Positions 9,466 through 22,750 of a stretch of DNA of 64,000 bases are shown in pieces; the stretch's first letter is position 1, and the number at the start of each line of letters is the position of its first letter. Made by a program: the position numbers and the translations under genes. The stretch covers positions 62,001-126,000 of the forward strand of contig CDLV01000018.1 in assembly GCA_001244265.2 (NCBI GenBank). Direction: 5' to 3'. This DNA comes from Microbotryum violaceum. Lineage: Eukaryota. A model generated the notes under the pieces. That model saw nothing but the letters and a program-made list of their open reading frames with translations, searched no databases and was not told the DNA's origin.

Positions 9466-12400
9466 ATGGCAGAAGCAGTGAGTCGTGATCAGCGGCTGTG
9501 CCATGTGCCCGGCCCCGCTTCGTGGGCTCGCTCATCTTGGTTTGGTTGAAGATATCTGACGTTGACGTCGACCGTTATGGCCTTCTTCGATCCTCGGGTC
9601 GGGTTTCATTTCCCTACTTGGTCACCCGATCTCAGTTCCCTTTCAAGGCTGTTGCTCTCTCAAAGTACAAGTCAGCGCCGGGCGCGCCCAAGCTGGCTTT
9701 CCTGCAGGGCGACGAGTTGACTGTGCTGAACCGCGATGATGACTGGTACGAGGGAACGACCATCTCGGGCCAAACGGGCTACTTCCCCGCCGAAGCTGTC
9801 CGGCAATTGGAAAATGACACCCCAGCTCCTTCTGGCGAGATCGCATCGCCAGCCCTCGCGACACGTGTTGAAAGCGTTGCGTCACCGCTGCCCAGCTCGT
9901 CCGATCCACCAGGCCCCACCACGCTGTCGCTGACCCCACCGACGACCCACCGTTCGGCTCAGCGCCCCGAGCCCAGGATCACGGTACCGAATGTTGTGGA
10001 TCCTTTTTCCGAGGAGCAACCCAAGCCCACGTCCCTCAAAGACCGGATCGCGGCTCTTAACGCGGCCGGGGCTGGGGCCGTGGCCCCACCTCCCGTCCGT
10101 CCCAAGCCGCGCGAATTGAAGCGCTCCACTGCACCCGTCCCCCTCGCAGACGGTGTCAGACCGGAATCCCCCACGACAGGCTCGCCAGTTCTGTCGCCTG
10201 TCATCTCAGTCACGGACTCGAGCGTAAAGTCATCCGTTGGCTTGTCAGCCGAAGACGCCGCAGAGGCAATCGGAAAAGGAGGGGGTAGCCTCAAAGACCG
10301 TATCAAGGCACTGCAAGGAATCCAGATGTCCACCCCTGCAGCTCCTGGACGTGCTCCTAAGCCGCGGAAGAAGACTAGTGTCAACACTGCCGCAGGCTCA
10401 GAGCTAGAGCGAGCTGCAGATTCGCCAGCGCTTGCTCTTCAATATTCTGAGTCCGATGAGGCGCAAAGGGCCGCTGTGAGGGAATCAAAATCGATGGAGC
10501 CATCTGAAGCTGTTCGGGCTCTTGTTGAAGCGGGAACAAGATCCTGTGCGAACTCCGTCGCGGACCCCGATGCCCACGCGGGGGCTCGAACGCTTCCGCC
10601 GGAGAACGAGCAGCACGAGTACCGTGTATCGACCAAAGCAAAGCTCGAACGCTCTTCAAGTGATGTAGACGGCCCTCAAAGACCTCCAGTGGCCGAACGA
10701 GCAGCGGGCATTGGCGACCAGCAATTTTCGATGGCAATGCCAGCTCTCCCGAAACGAGCGGTCCCACCCAGGAGGAAACCACCGGTGGTTAAGCCGGCAC
10801 CGGATGATGGTGTTAGCGACGTCGTAGTCGAGGCATCCTCCGCAGGACCAGTCGCTACCATTTCGCGCGGGGAGACTTTGGAGATATCAGCCCCGTCGCT
10901 TCTGGCGGGTGACAAGCAGTCATATGGGCAAGATGACAGCTACATGCCAGAGACTGACCCTAACACTGTCGCTTCTGAACACGATGTCTTGTCTGAGAAT
11001 GCGGCCGAGGAATCCAGCAATTGCACCAAGTCGAATACACCTGCCGTCCCTCCCAATACGGTCCACGTCGCATCAGATTCGCCTGCTGTGAGTTCGTTTA
11101 GAAACCGAATCAGTCCGGACCTCTCCCTATCGGCCAGCAGAATCTGGTCCCTGCTCAACGCAGAATTTGCGCCACGCCCACAGGAAAAATATACTCCGCT
11201 GCCGGGGTCGGGACTTGCGTTGACCCAAGGGCCGTTTGATACCACTGTATTCACCTCTCCACCATCTCGTCAGGACGACCCTTTCACCAGAGATCTTTCC
11301 AGTCCTCTCTCCATCGCAGCAACTTCAGCGCCGACAATCGACGACGAGCAGAAACTCCCAAGCCCGCAGCGACCTGCGATCCCTCAATCATTCGTAGTGG
11401 ATTGCATTGAGCACCCAGAGGATAATACTGTGGATGGAGACAACCATAGCTTTACCAAGGTTGCCAATCTCGAAGCCACGATTCAGCCCAGCACTCAACA
11501 GCTCGGCTCGGATGAGGTGGGACTTGAGGATGAAGCTGGAGAAGCCGAGGCCGAGGTACGGAATTATTTATTGCAAGATGTCCCCGATCAAAGAGTCATC
11601 GAAGAGACACAAGACCCTCGAGGCTTCCACGGAGGGGCTGGTGCACATGATAAGGAGCCTGGGCGTGCGAAGGAGGAGGAGGGGGAGGATAATGACGACG
11701 ATGAAGAGGACCCAGAACTCGCTCGTCGAGCTGCTCTGGCGGCACGAATGGCCCGCTTGGGAGGGATCAGCATGCGCATGCCTGGAGGTGCCATGATGTC
11801 ACCTATTGGTGGTATCCGATCATACAAGAAACCGGTCAAGGCTATGACCAAGGACGATTCACACTCCGGGCAGCAACTTTCAACGGGTGAGAGACACTGC
11901 TTGCCGAACCTTCGCCACTCGACGACCTGGCTAACGCATCCTATCCGCAGATGGCGACGACGTATCATGTAACCAGTCGGCCACAGAGCAAAGCTTTGTC
12001 CCCTCGCCTTTCCTTGGGATTCCTAGAGGAGGGGTCGCCATTTCTGGACTTGGCGTGAGGCCAGCGCCGCCTCCGGTCGACTCTGAAGATATTTCTGCCG
12101 CGACACCCAAGGACGAGGTTGGAGGTTCTCAAGCATTCAAGAGGTTACAAGCATTGGAAGAACTGTCTATCCAGCAGAACTTCGAGCAGCTCGACGATAA
12201 CCCGCGTGGAGAGGAGACCTGTAGCGACACCGGCGCAATCAGTCTACCCGAACGCGTGGAGGCAGTGCCGGACCCGTCCGTTCACGCTGTCCCTGACCCT
12301 CCCCCCAGACCTCGAGGCGGCCTACCCTCCGTACCAGCTCAGCCGACCTTCAGCCTCGAAAACATCAGTGAGCTAGCGGTTCCTTCGTCCCCACAAGTCG

Positions 12401-13139
12401 AAGCAGAGACTCAGATGTCAAGCCATCGAGACAGCGTTGCCTCGCTCGATCGAATTGCTATACGTTCGAGTTTAGGTTCAAGGCCAGCAGGGGCATCTGA
12501 TTCACTCCGTCGAGGCTCCATCGAGTCTTCCCGTGACGTTCGATCCCTCTCGTCGGTTCAGCTCTCGTGGCCCGCCGTTCCACGCAGCGACCTCGAAGAA
12601 TTCTCCATCACTCTCGGCGCCCAGGTTTTTGCTGCGGCCCACTTGAAGCTGAGCGAAAAGAGGGTCAAGTTCTCAAACGACGATGAGCTCATTCGATTTT
12701 GCCTCCATCGGGTGAAAGATGTGCAATGGCCTGGTGATGGATCGTATGGAGTGACCGTATGGGGGATCGCTGTTTTGGGCAAAGGGCTGAACGATCCGCG
12801 TATAGCGAATCTGGACGAACCACGAGCGGGTGATAGTCAGTTACTACGACCCAGGAATGACAGCCAAGAAAGGATATTAATATGTTTCCTTTTCGCTCTA
12901 TTATAGTTGTCATCATGACGGATTGCAAATTTAGGGCGACCCTCTCGTCAACGCGCGTTGGAGCAGACGGGCAGCCGAAGAAGAGCGTGTGTCAAGCTTG
13001 GGACGCTAAGAAGCGCAAGCTCAGGACAATTGAAGTTGGGAAAAATGGTGGTGTCGAGGAAAACAGCTTCAAGGTCGACGACCTCAAGGAAGGGCGCGTA
13101 GAGATCCAGAGAATAGTTGGGGCAAAGCCAGGAGAGTAA
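9466..13139 (+). CDS. BBC1: SH3-domain, proline-rich actin-patch protein (Bbc1/Mti1-like)
   Basis: Micro-exon MAEA spliced to FPFKAVALSKY..LAFLQGDELTV..DDWYEG..GYFPAEAV (SH3). Also SLKDRIAAL repeats, EDPELARRAALAARMARLGG and a C-terminal DEPRAGDIV domain; three introns. Confidence 0.8.
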
Positions 13140-13451
13140 GACGCGGTTCCCCGGTCCCAAATCAGTTTGATTTCGTATTCAGTCAGCACTACATGTAAAA
13201 CAATGCTAGGGTCTGTCAGGCCGAGCCGACTTCGCTCTTCGCTGAATCGGGAGAGGGAGCCAAGTATCGGCATCGAATGAAAGGCACGAATACAGTCGAA
13301 ATCGAAAGAAACGAGTGGATGTGAATGCAAACAAGCATCTACAAAGTTTCATAACTTGAGTGACAATAAAGAACAACGGGAGAAGTTCGGCAGCCATCGT
13401 CCGGAACCTCCTTCCCAAAGTGAGAGCTTTAGCATGCATGAAAGAAATAAG

Positions 13452-16400
13452 CTACATGAGCGTGCCTGGGTATCATATGAGGCAAGGGTTCAGAAGAGTC
13501 AGGACACAGGAAAAACGAGCGAGCGCATGAGAGGAAGCTTGTCACCGAACTTACAACCACGCGAGAACCACCAACTTGAACGGAACTGTTCAATCCAAAA
13601 CACGAGCAATCGAAGACGCTCGCGTGGGCTAGTGATCTGCAAGAGAAGAGCTTTGTTTTGATCGTCGACAGGCATAACTTCGGCCATCCAGAAGGAGAAA
13701 TCAGCGGGCGTTGTAGGCATGGGTCCGATCGTGTTGTTGAGGCGCTGAAGCACCCACGGCGCCGAGCCATTGCGAAGCGTCGAGACGAATTCAAGACATA
13801 TGTCCACCAAATCAGAAGTCGAACGTTCGATTTGACGCGTGTCGGTCATCGTCAGGCTGGGAGCAGTAGACTGAGTGTTCCGCGCAAGCGCTTGTCGCTC
13901 TAGCTGGGCTTCCTGATCCTGCGGTATATCGTACACGCGTTCGATCCGACCGACCGTATAGCCATCTAACACGCCTTTCTCAAGAATTCGAAAACGGTAG
14001 GTTCCGATCGTCTCGATGATCGAGCGCCCGTCTTCAATCATGTTGCACGACTGAATCTTGAGCATGGTCCCATACTCGTTGATGCCACCTTGATCACGGC
14101 TCGGCAGCACCATTCCAAACTCGCGATTTCCTTCCATTGCCCTGCGAATCATCAAGCGATAGCGTGGTTCGAAAATGTGGATATACGTCGGCAAATTGGG
14201 CCATGCGAGTGTGCACACGAAGAGAGGCGTGTCGAGGCCACCATCGGCGCCGCGCTCCTCTGCTTGTATCTGGGCGAAGCGATCTGCCGCAAGTGAGGGA
14301 AAGAGCGATAGAATGATACGCTGTGTGGTGGAATTGATCGGTTGGGATCGGAAACGGACGGAGGAAGGAAAGTCGTGGCGACAGAGCGGACACTTGTCGG
14401 AGTGATCGTAGGACCGGACGAGGCACTTTTGACAGAACGTGTGACCGCACTGCGAGGTGATTGGGTCGTGCAGCAACTGAACGCAAATCTGACATTCGAG
14501 CTCGGACAGAACGTCAGCGAGAAAAGTGGGAGACGCTTGTTCCAGGTCAAGCTCAATCCTGGCCACGATCGCCGCCTGTTGATCCCGATCCTTCATCTCG
14601 GCCGAACCTGCATGACGTCGTCGAGCGCGTTTGAAAGATGCCCAAGGTTTCACTCGAGAAGCTCGCTTCATATCATCGAGTGAAGTGGGGTTTTCGCCTC
14701 CTCCACCGCTACTGGTCGAGCTTCCGCTCGGACTCCGAGACGAAGCGCAGCCTCGGTCGAGCGCTAGTTTTTCATCATCATGACGCTCGGATGATGTTGC
14801 ATCACCCAAGTGGTTGTACCCATCCACGGACGACTGCTCCCCATCAGCGGGATCGTCCAGCTCGGCCAATTCGATCCGAGCGACTTCGAACTGGTGGTCG
14901 ACGAGAGGGAAATCCGATCGCAACAAGTGTAGTACTTTTTGAAGGACGAAGTCGGGCCTAGCCTCGGAAGACGTCCCCGGTTGCTCCTTCGACACCTTGC
15001 AGTCGTCTTGGGCGCAGCGCAGTCGTCCGCGATGAATCATGCCTGGCATGGCACGGAAACTGTCCCGACCGTAACCGCGCGATCCAGCTTCCGGTGCGCC
15101 ATTAGGCGCCTCGCTATCCGCAGAAATCAGATGGGGCAGCGCATCGGATCGACCTGGGCCGAAGGTGGGATTGGCAGGATTGCGAGTGAAAAGCGACTCG
15201 CTCGACGATACAGTGTTCGAAGCGAGGATAATGTAGTCGGCTGAGCGATGAACGATGGGACGCGAGCATGGCAGACACACGGTGTGACCGCAAGGTAGAG
15301 TCGTCGGATCGCGGAGGAACCTCTGGCAAGCCGTACATGTCACAAGGGAGAGAAGCTTGGGTAATAGGCGATCTAAAGGTGGATCAATCGCCGAGCACGA
15401 CGGCGTCGGTGAGGCGCGATTCGTGGACTGTGGAATGGTCGATAGACGATGATGGATCGAATGATGGATCCGTGGAGTACTCGGAACGAATGATGTCGAA
15501 TTGCTCGGGGTCTTGTGCTCGTCACTGATCGCGGTATCTGGGGCGACACGATGGCCAGTCTGGCAATCAGCGGGTGTCGTGCGTCCTTCACCGAAGTGAT
15601 CTCGCGCCTCACATCTACGTGATCGAGCTTGTGAGGGTGTGAAGCCATTTCGAGTGGCTGAGGTATGAACGCCACGCGCTTCGTCTTCTGAAAGCCAGTG
15701 TTGATCGGGGTCGAGCATAGTTGTCGATGCCGATGCCGAGAACGGTGAATTCAGTCGCGATGAACGATCAAATCGGAAGCCAAGGGGATCATGGGATGTG
15801 GATCGTGTGAAGCGCGCCCTTTGATTCAGGCTGGGGTAATGTTCCATGGACCAGTTTGGCGGGGATGATCGGCGCGAGCGGGCCGAAGCGAAAGACGGGC
15901 CGATCTCTTGCACAGGAGCCACCGGACCGGCGTCGGCAGGGCTCGAGATCGAGATCGCCGAGACGGGATGAGGGCGGTCGAGCTGTAAGACTGACAGCGA
16001 GGGGTCTGCAACCAAAGTGCTGGTATCCGGTTCGAACTGGGCTGTCGAGAAAAGTGGTGAAGGCAGTGGCGTAATGGGCACCGCCGCCCGATCGTGGGCG
16101 TCGTTGAGCACCGCCGTCGATGACGAGAGGTCGGCAGCAACAGTCCAAGGAGCGCCTGCGGGTATCGGTCGATGCGCACGTCAGTGAATCGATCTCGAGC
16201 ACAAGAGCCACCAGCTCGTGCAACGAATAAGGACGGCACAGTGTGACAGTTGTAACTCACCGCGGTCTTTGCGGCCGGGCACAGATGATGTTGCAACGGC
16301 GCGCTCAAGCTGATGATTGCGTACGATGCGGCTCGTGGGCGTGGGTCGGGTGTCGATGTCGGCGATCAGGGCGTGGGCGGCCGGAGTCGGGCTCGAGGTC

Positions 16401-16753
16401 GATGGCGCAGGGGTCGTGCTCGGCGAGGGGGACAGGTGTAGCGCACAATGATCGTCGTTGTTGTAATCGCAAGTAACAATTGCCTGGAGATAAACTTTCG
16501 GCGACGTATGCGATGTTCGCGGCTGCTGCACCTCATCCCTGGCCCCGGTCGCGGGCGCGGTCATCTGGGCCGCAGTGGGCAGGCCTGGAGCCGGCGTCTG
16601 CGCCGACGAGGCGGCAGTGGACTGGGTGGAGCTTGACGTGGCGTGGTGAGCACCAAGGTGGATCGGGGTTGCAGAGGAAGAGAATGTCGATTCGTGGGCC
16701 GTACGCTGCCTCGACTCGAGCGAATCGGTGAAGGCTCGATGGTGAGGCGGCAT
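13452..16753 (-). CDS. RING-finger + LON N-terminal domain E3 ligase (CrgA/LONRF family)
   Basis: RING motifs CTACQRFLRDPTTLPCGHTVC and CQICVQLLHDPITSQCGHTFCQKC..CPLCR; LON domain HIFEPRYRLMIRRA. Introns 16260-16156 and 13554-13466; the spliced end reads RGCTLM*. Confidence 0.92.
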
Positions 16754-17511
16754 GGCCTCGATCGCGGACGGAGTGGCCCGCGTCGAGGTCGAGATGGGAT
16801 GCAAGCGCAGCGGCGGGGGCGGGAATGCTGCGGGGCGATGGTCGAAGAGAGGGATCGAGCGGGGTCGATGCTGGTAGGTGCCGATCGGACGGGTCTCGGT
16901 CAGGCTGCACCACTCCGAGCGGGCATAAGTTGGTGGCGTCTCGAGCGGGTGAGAGCTGAAATCGCTGAGAGCTGAGCGTTGAGCGCTGAGATCGCTGAGA
17001 TGAGTGAGGAAGGTAGTCAACTGGGTAGTCAGGCTAGTCAGGCCAGAGGATCGTCATTGCCAAAGACTGCCACTGTCAGCCGCGGTCAGAATGCGGTCAG
17101 CCGCGCTCTGCCGCGCTCGCTCGGGCCTGTTTACTGAGCGCGCGTGTGGGCCGGCCGTTCCATCTTCCCCACCTGACATTGATCACGCTCGACAGCTCGT
17201 ACGCAGCTAGTGAGTAATCTTTGACCGACAGTGAGTGGCCTGACGGGCTATGTAGTAGTCGGTCTTCCGTATAGGCTCGTGCGGTTGCGGTCACCTCTCG
17301 AGTCCCCGCCAGTGTATCCGATGTTGTCGTGTCGCTTTGCAACTTCTGATCGTCATTATAGACCAATCCGTCGCTGACCACGCAACCGGATCGCCGACCG
17401 TGCGACGACACGCCAGTCGAGGCGTCTCGCCGCAGACGCCCATGATGGAAGGCGATCGAATGGCCACCATGTGTCCCAACTAGTCGCTGATCGTCGCGTC
17501 GGCATCGTGCA

Positions 17512-18155
17512 GTGCCCGTGCAGCTTCCTACGATTCTATACGACCTGCCGCGCAACCCGGCGATCGCAGTCGGCCTGCCGCTGACCGTCGGCTGGCTCAC
17601 AGGCCTCATCACCCGCACCTCCGTGCGAGCTTGGTACCCTTCGCTGCGCAAACCGTCGCTGCAGCCGCCTCGTTGGGCGTTCCCGGTGGCGTGGACCCTC
17701 TTGTACGCCTCGATGGGCGCGGCGTCGCATCTCCTTGTTGCCGCGTACGATAGCTCGCTGCCAGGCAGTGCCGCTCGATCCGCCGCCGATCATGCTCTCA
17801 AGTTGTACTGGTTACAATACGGTCTCAATATTTTATGGTCACCGACCTTTTTCGGACTGCGGCAGATCACGATCGCCAACGTCGACATCATTCTTCTCCT
17901 GGCAACTCTGCTCAAACTCGCGCCCGCTGCGTTCAAAGTGGACCAAAGGACCTTATTCGCCTTTGGCCCCTACGTCGCCTGGGTCTCGTTCGCGACCTAT
18001 CTCAACAGTGAGTAATAACATTTCAATTTGCGATCCCCCCACCCCCCCAGATCATCCGCTGCAGCGCACCGCTGATCTTAACCCGCTGCAAACACGACCC
18101 CAGGCAGCATCTGGTGGCTCAACCTTGGGCCCGGCTCCAAACAACTGCGAAAATA
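17512..18155 (+). CDS. TSPO: TspO/MBR translocator protein (start exon not resolved)
   Basis: WYPSLRKPSLQPPRWAFPVAWTLLYASMG, LNILWSPTFFG and PYVAWVSFATYLN, then an intron and SIWWLN..K*. Confidence 0.93.
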
Positions 18156-18358
18156 GGTTCATCCGACTTCGGCTAGGCAGCTCGCCTGTCTCTCTCAGAG
18201 AAGAGTAAACATCAACAAGAAAAATCCTTCTCATTTTTCTTCTCCGCTCTTCTCCAGCAGCGGGCGAATATTGCTTTAGTAGTCCCACACCGGCAGCTCG
18301 GTACAGGGGGAGTTGTTTGAAATTGAGGATGTATGTAATTATGGTGCAGTCGAAGTAG

Positions 18359-21300
18359 CTAGGGCTGCACAGAGATCAACTTATCCAACCTACATCGATT
18401 ACTCTGACTAACCAGACCACGAAGAGCAGTCCATTTCCTCTTCACCTCATCATCATCGTCCTGCAGCCAAACTGTCGCGCCCCACCTGAGCGCCGCTCCA
18501 TCTTTGGCCTGATCATACCTCGCAAGCGCCTTGAAGACCTCATCCGAAACCCCTACAACAACTGCGTCCGCGAGTTTACTCCTCGTTGTCGAATCCACTG
18601 ACGCCGAGAATAGCGCATTTGCCAGGTGGTGGACGCCAATCAGGTACAAGAGGGGAGTCTGCGCTTGGGTAACGTCACCCAGGCTGAGAGCCTTGGCGTA
18701 CGCGCAGAGAACGGTCAGATCTGTTTCGGCCGGTGCGAGAAAGCACGAGAGTCGAGCTTCGGGATCATCACAGTCCGAGATTGCGTCCTCAACGCGGGTC
18801 CTGATCTGTCGCAATAGGTGAGCGTAATCGTTCCAGAGCAGACGACGGTATTCGACCGGGTAGGACATGGCTAGGGGCGGCAAAAGAACCCAGGCGAACA
18901 CTTCATGGCCCAAGGAGATCGAATCGTACAGTCCAAGCAGGTCTGAGTAGGTTCGGTAAAACAGCGGCGAGCTGACCGTCGCTGAATGTCCTTCTAATGT
19001 GTCTTCGCTCGATCGGGCATCTGCCTTGTTGAGCTGCTGCGGACCTACAGCGACGCTCCAAAGGGTTAATAATTTGCGAAGTGAGAAGTCGACCCCTTGA
19101 TGTCGATACAGATCGGTGGACGCCGGGTCGTAAAACTGCCGGGTGCTAGGGGTGATCGGGTTGTCCGTCTCAAGCATGAAGACTTTGATGAGGTCGTAAA
19201 TCATCCTCCTCGGTTGTATGCGTGCTGAGACCTCGCCAGTATTAACGACAAGCCTCATAAGCGCCAAACTGGTGCGAACAAGGTCCAACTCCGATGCATT
19301 CCAGTCCTTTGGGAGCGACTGGAACACAGGGGATGTGCCGGACCGCAATAGCTCGTCGAGCGCGACAAGCGGCCAGTCGGAGTGAAGCAAAGTGTCTTTG
19401 GAACAGAACGGAGGAAGGCATGCCGTCAACTTGATGTCGCGTGGCGTCGGATGGTCAGGCCCAGTGACCCGACCTCCGCTGCTGGTGATGACCGCGTGCA
19501 TCAAGAAGGGCCGAAGGACTGCAGCGTTTGACAGGGCGCTCAATTCGAGATCGGCGTCCAGTGACGCCAACGGCGGCATGCTATGGTTGGCAAAGGGGTG
19601 CACAACCCGGATCATCCATTCCAGCAGGTCTCTTGCGGCGACTTCATCGCCAGCTCGGAGAAATCGTAGAGTGTCGACGGTGCGGGAGAACCGAATAGAA
19701 GTTGTCGGTATGTGCCTAAGAAGGAGTATGAGCAGTTGCACGAGGGACACGTCCGGCGCCGGTGAGCGCATGACGGCCATTTTCGGGACCACGGAATCAA
19801 AGAAGGAGACGACCGATGATCCATCGAGGTAAAAGAGCGCCGGTGTTGATAGATTCGAGTCCTCTTCAAAAGTTGTCGAGAACCGCACCGCGGCAACGAC
19901 GAGCTCGGCATCAAACCCGATGCTACGTGTGATATCCAAGCACTTGATCCTGTCGAAGGCAGTCTTCACGGCCAAAATCGCGATCTTCCCATCCTCAAAG
20001 TCGGTAGCGACGTGCTCCTGGATCCAGTTGCGCGCCATTTCTCCTCTCCACGCCGAGTTCACTTTGCTGCCCTCGAGCCAGACCGTCCATAGGTTCCACG
20101 CTGCCGCTATCAGAGTCGGCGAGGCGTCTTGCAAGCCTCTTCGATGGGCAAGCAGGGCAAGGTTTTCCCAGCCATCGATATGGCTCCATAAGATGTCGTG
20201 CTCGGACACGTGAGGATCGATCGCAGTGATGGTCCAAATGCGGAGCAATCGCAGCAATGCAACGACCATGTGTATTTCGCATGCATCGATGGGCATAGCG
20301 TCCCCAAGGAGAAAGGCTGCCCGGTCCAAGACGCTGGAGAGCAGACTAGCTGCTGTGGTCCGTAGACTCGTGCCCAGTCCGTACTGTGCGAGTGTTTGCC
20401 ACAAGTCGAACGTGGCATTGACCAGTCCGTACGTGAGCCGACGTGCAGCGGGGGAAGCGCTGTCGAGCTCCCACGGCGGAACCCCCAAAAAGCGCAACGC
20501 GGGCTCGGCGAGATAACGCGATACGATAGATTTTGTGCGCGCCCTGGAAGACCGCGCCAAATCCGAGAGCATTGCAAGCGCATCGGCTGCCGTGGCAAGG
20601 ACGGTCGGATCTTGAGCGGCAGGTCTAGGCCAAGGGATGGCGATGAAGTGCTTGGTCACCGCTTCAAGCAAGTTCGGCGTATCAACAATGGCGTCCAGCT
20701 CGACGAACGGGGGCGAACTCCGATCAAGAGTAAGCTGAATAAACAACTTGAGAATCCGAAGGACTTGGCGAGATGCTGATGTGGGTAGTCGCGCGTGCAG
20801 CAACTCCTGCTCAAGCACAGCAAACGGCAGCGCAATGAGGAGTGTCGAAAGGAGAGAAGATTCTTCTAATCCTTGAGGCCGAATCCATGAAAACGCTTCC
20901 CGCGGCCGTCGGCACTCCGTTTCGATAAGAAAGGACAGAAGATCGAGTGCGACGCTCCGAACACCCACGGTCGCGTCGAGGAGGGCGTGGCAGGCTCTTT
21001 GGGCAATGTCAAGTTCCAGTCGGAGCCACGCTTCCTTCCCAAACTTTGGCTCATGACTGGGGGTACAGGACAAAATCCTCAAAAGGGTTTGTAGCGCGCT
21101 TGAGCGTTGTGATGGCACAGAGGATAACGCGAGGCTCATCAGTGTCGTGATCGTAAATGCCGACGAGGACGAGACATGGTGCAACGCTGACACTTTCGGT
21201 GCTTCGCCGATGCCCTCGGCAGACGAAATGAAGGCACCGTTAAGGGAGAAGACCAAATGTCGGTAGTGTCCTGCGCTATCAATTCTAGCGTTAATAGTTT

Positions 21301-22443
21301 GATTCGGCTTCATCCAATCGAGGTTCGCACTAGCTGGCTCTTGTGGAAAATAGTGCTTGCGGATGGATTCGGGGCTGCCTTCAGCGTCATTTGTGTCGTC
21401 TTGCACGGATTGTAGAAGCCCTTTCCCACCGACCTGGACTTGCGCTGTCGAGGTGGTCGGTAAATCTGACTCCATGGAAGGCAAAACTGCAGGTCGGGTT
21501 TAGTCTCGCTGGATGGGGGCGACCAGGGGCAAAACGGACGTTGCTGTACCTTTGCTCCTCCGCGAGCGCGCTTCCAATATCTTAAGGAGCTCATCCGACA
21601 AGCCCATTGATTCCTTGATCTCGCGTTGCTGGTCTAGTATCTCTTGGTCGGACATGCCGGCCAGTAGACGATCGTTTTCGTCCGACACCGAAGCGAGGAT
21701 CGCCGGCATGGAGTTGGGATTGTGAATGTCACCGACCTCTCTCGTCGTCGTCACAGGCGAGTGAAGTTTCGAAGTCCAGGCAGTGGAAGACGAGGACGGA
21801 AGCGACTGAGACTGCGGCTTCGACTGCGGAAGCACCTGGGTTTGTTCTTTCAATGGAGTTGATGTATGTCGCACGGAGACGGGGAAGCCCAGCGGGAGCG
21901 CAGCTGGCGATGGAGAAGCACCAGCTCCGAGCAAGTGGGGTGCGGGCCTGGGCGGCTCGACGGAAAGCTCTGATGATGCGCGCTCGACGACTTGACCGAC
22001 AAGGCTGTACGCACCAGTTGCGTTGTGGTGTAAGGAGGCTTCACCCTGCACCTGACCGTGCACTGCGACTCGTAGGGCTTCTTCCCGGCGTTCGCGCTCG
22101 CGGTGCAGGGCGAAGCGAGACTTGGGCTTTGCCATCGGAGCCGTTGGAGCAGTCGGTGCAGTCTGTCCAGCCGAATCTGGGATGGGCTCACGGTCGAAGA
22201 TAACCGGGACATGATCTGAGCAAATAGAGCAGATTCAGGACTGGTTCGACCATCTGCGCATCGCCACACACACGAGTGGAACCCACCAGGAGCGCTGGTC
22301 CTCATCGCGGACGAGCCGACTTGAGGAGGTCGACGGCGCGTCACTGTGACGGCGGTGCCGAATGAGGAGAACTTCGCAAAGTTTGGGTCGACATCAGGAG
22401 AAGACAAGTCACGCAGCGAGGGTCGTATCCGTTGCGCATCCAT
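18359..22443 (-). CDS. RPAP1: RNA polymerase II-associated protein Rba50/RPAP1
   Basis: ENDRLLAGMSDQEILDQQREI (RPAP1_N-like), YFPQEP..LDWM, LHH..FTITTLMSLALSSVPSQRSSALQTL (RPAP1_C-like) and a C-terminal YDSISLGHEVFA..YRRLLW; two introns. Confidence 0.88.
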
Positions 22444-22750
22444 CGCGTTTCGCCGACGAGCGGAGTATAGTGGAGTAGAGCAGAATGGCAACCGTCTTCG
22501 GCCGAACGAGCGCGCTCTCGGTCGATTTGAGACAGGAATAGACTGAAAGAGACAGGACGAGACAGGACCTTAGGCTGGGACGACCTTCCCTGACGGCCAG
22601 CATTGGAGAGCATTGGACTAGCTGGAAAGTAGATCACTAGAGTGAATTGGCGACTCGTAAGAGAGGGAACGGCATCTGTTCACACAATTAAGGTACATAG
22701 TCTACACAGAGAAACGATCACAAAGAAGAAAAACTGAGGCGGTGAGCCGC

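Noticed and set aside
7020-9481. Duplicated short ORFs (MWLKWVQICPLAP.., MGLRWAKIAK..)
   Set aside because: They are translations of the two TIR copies, not genes.
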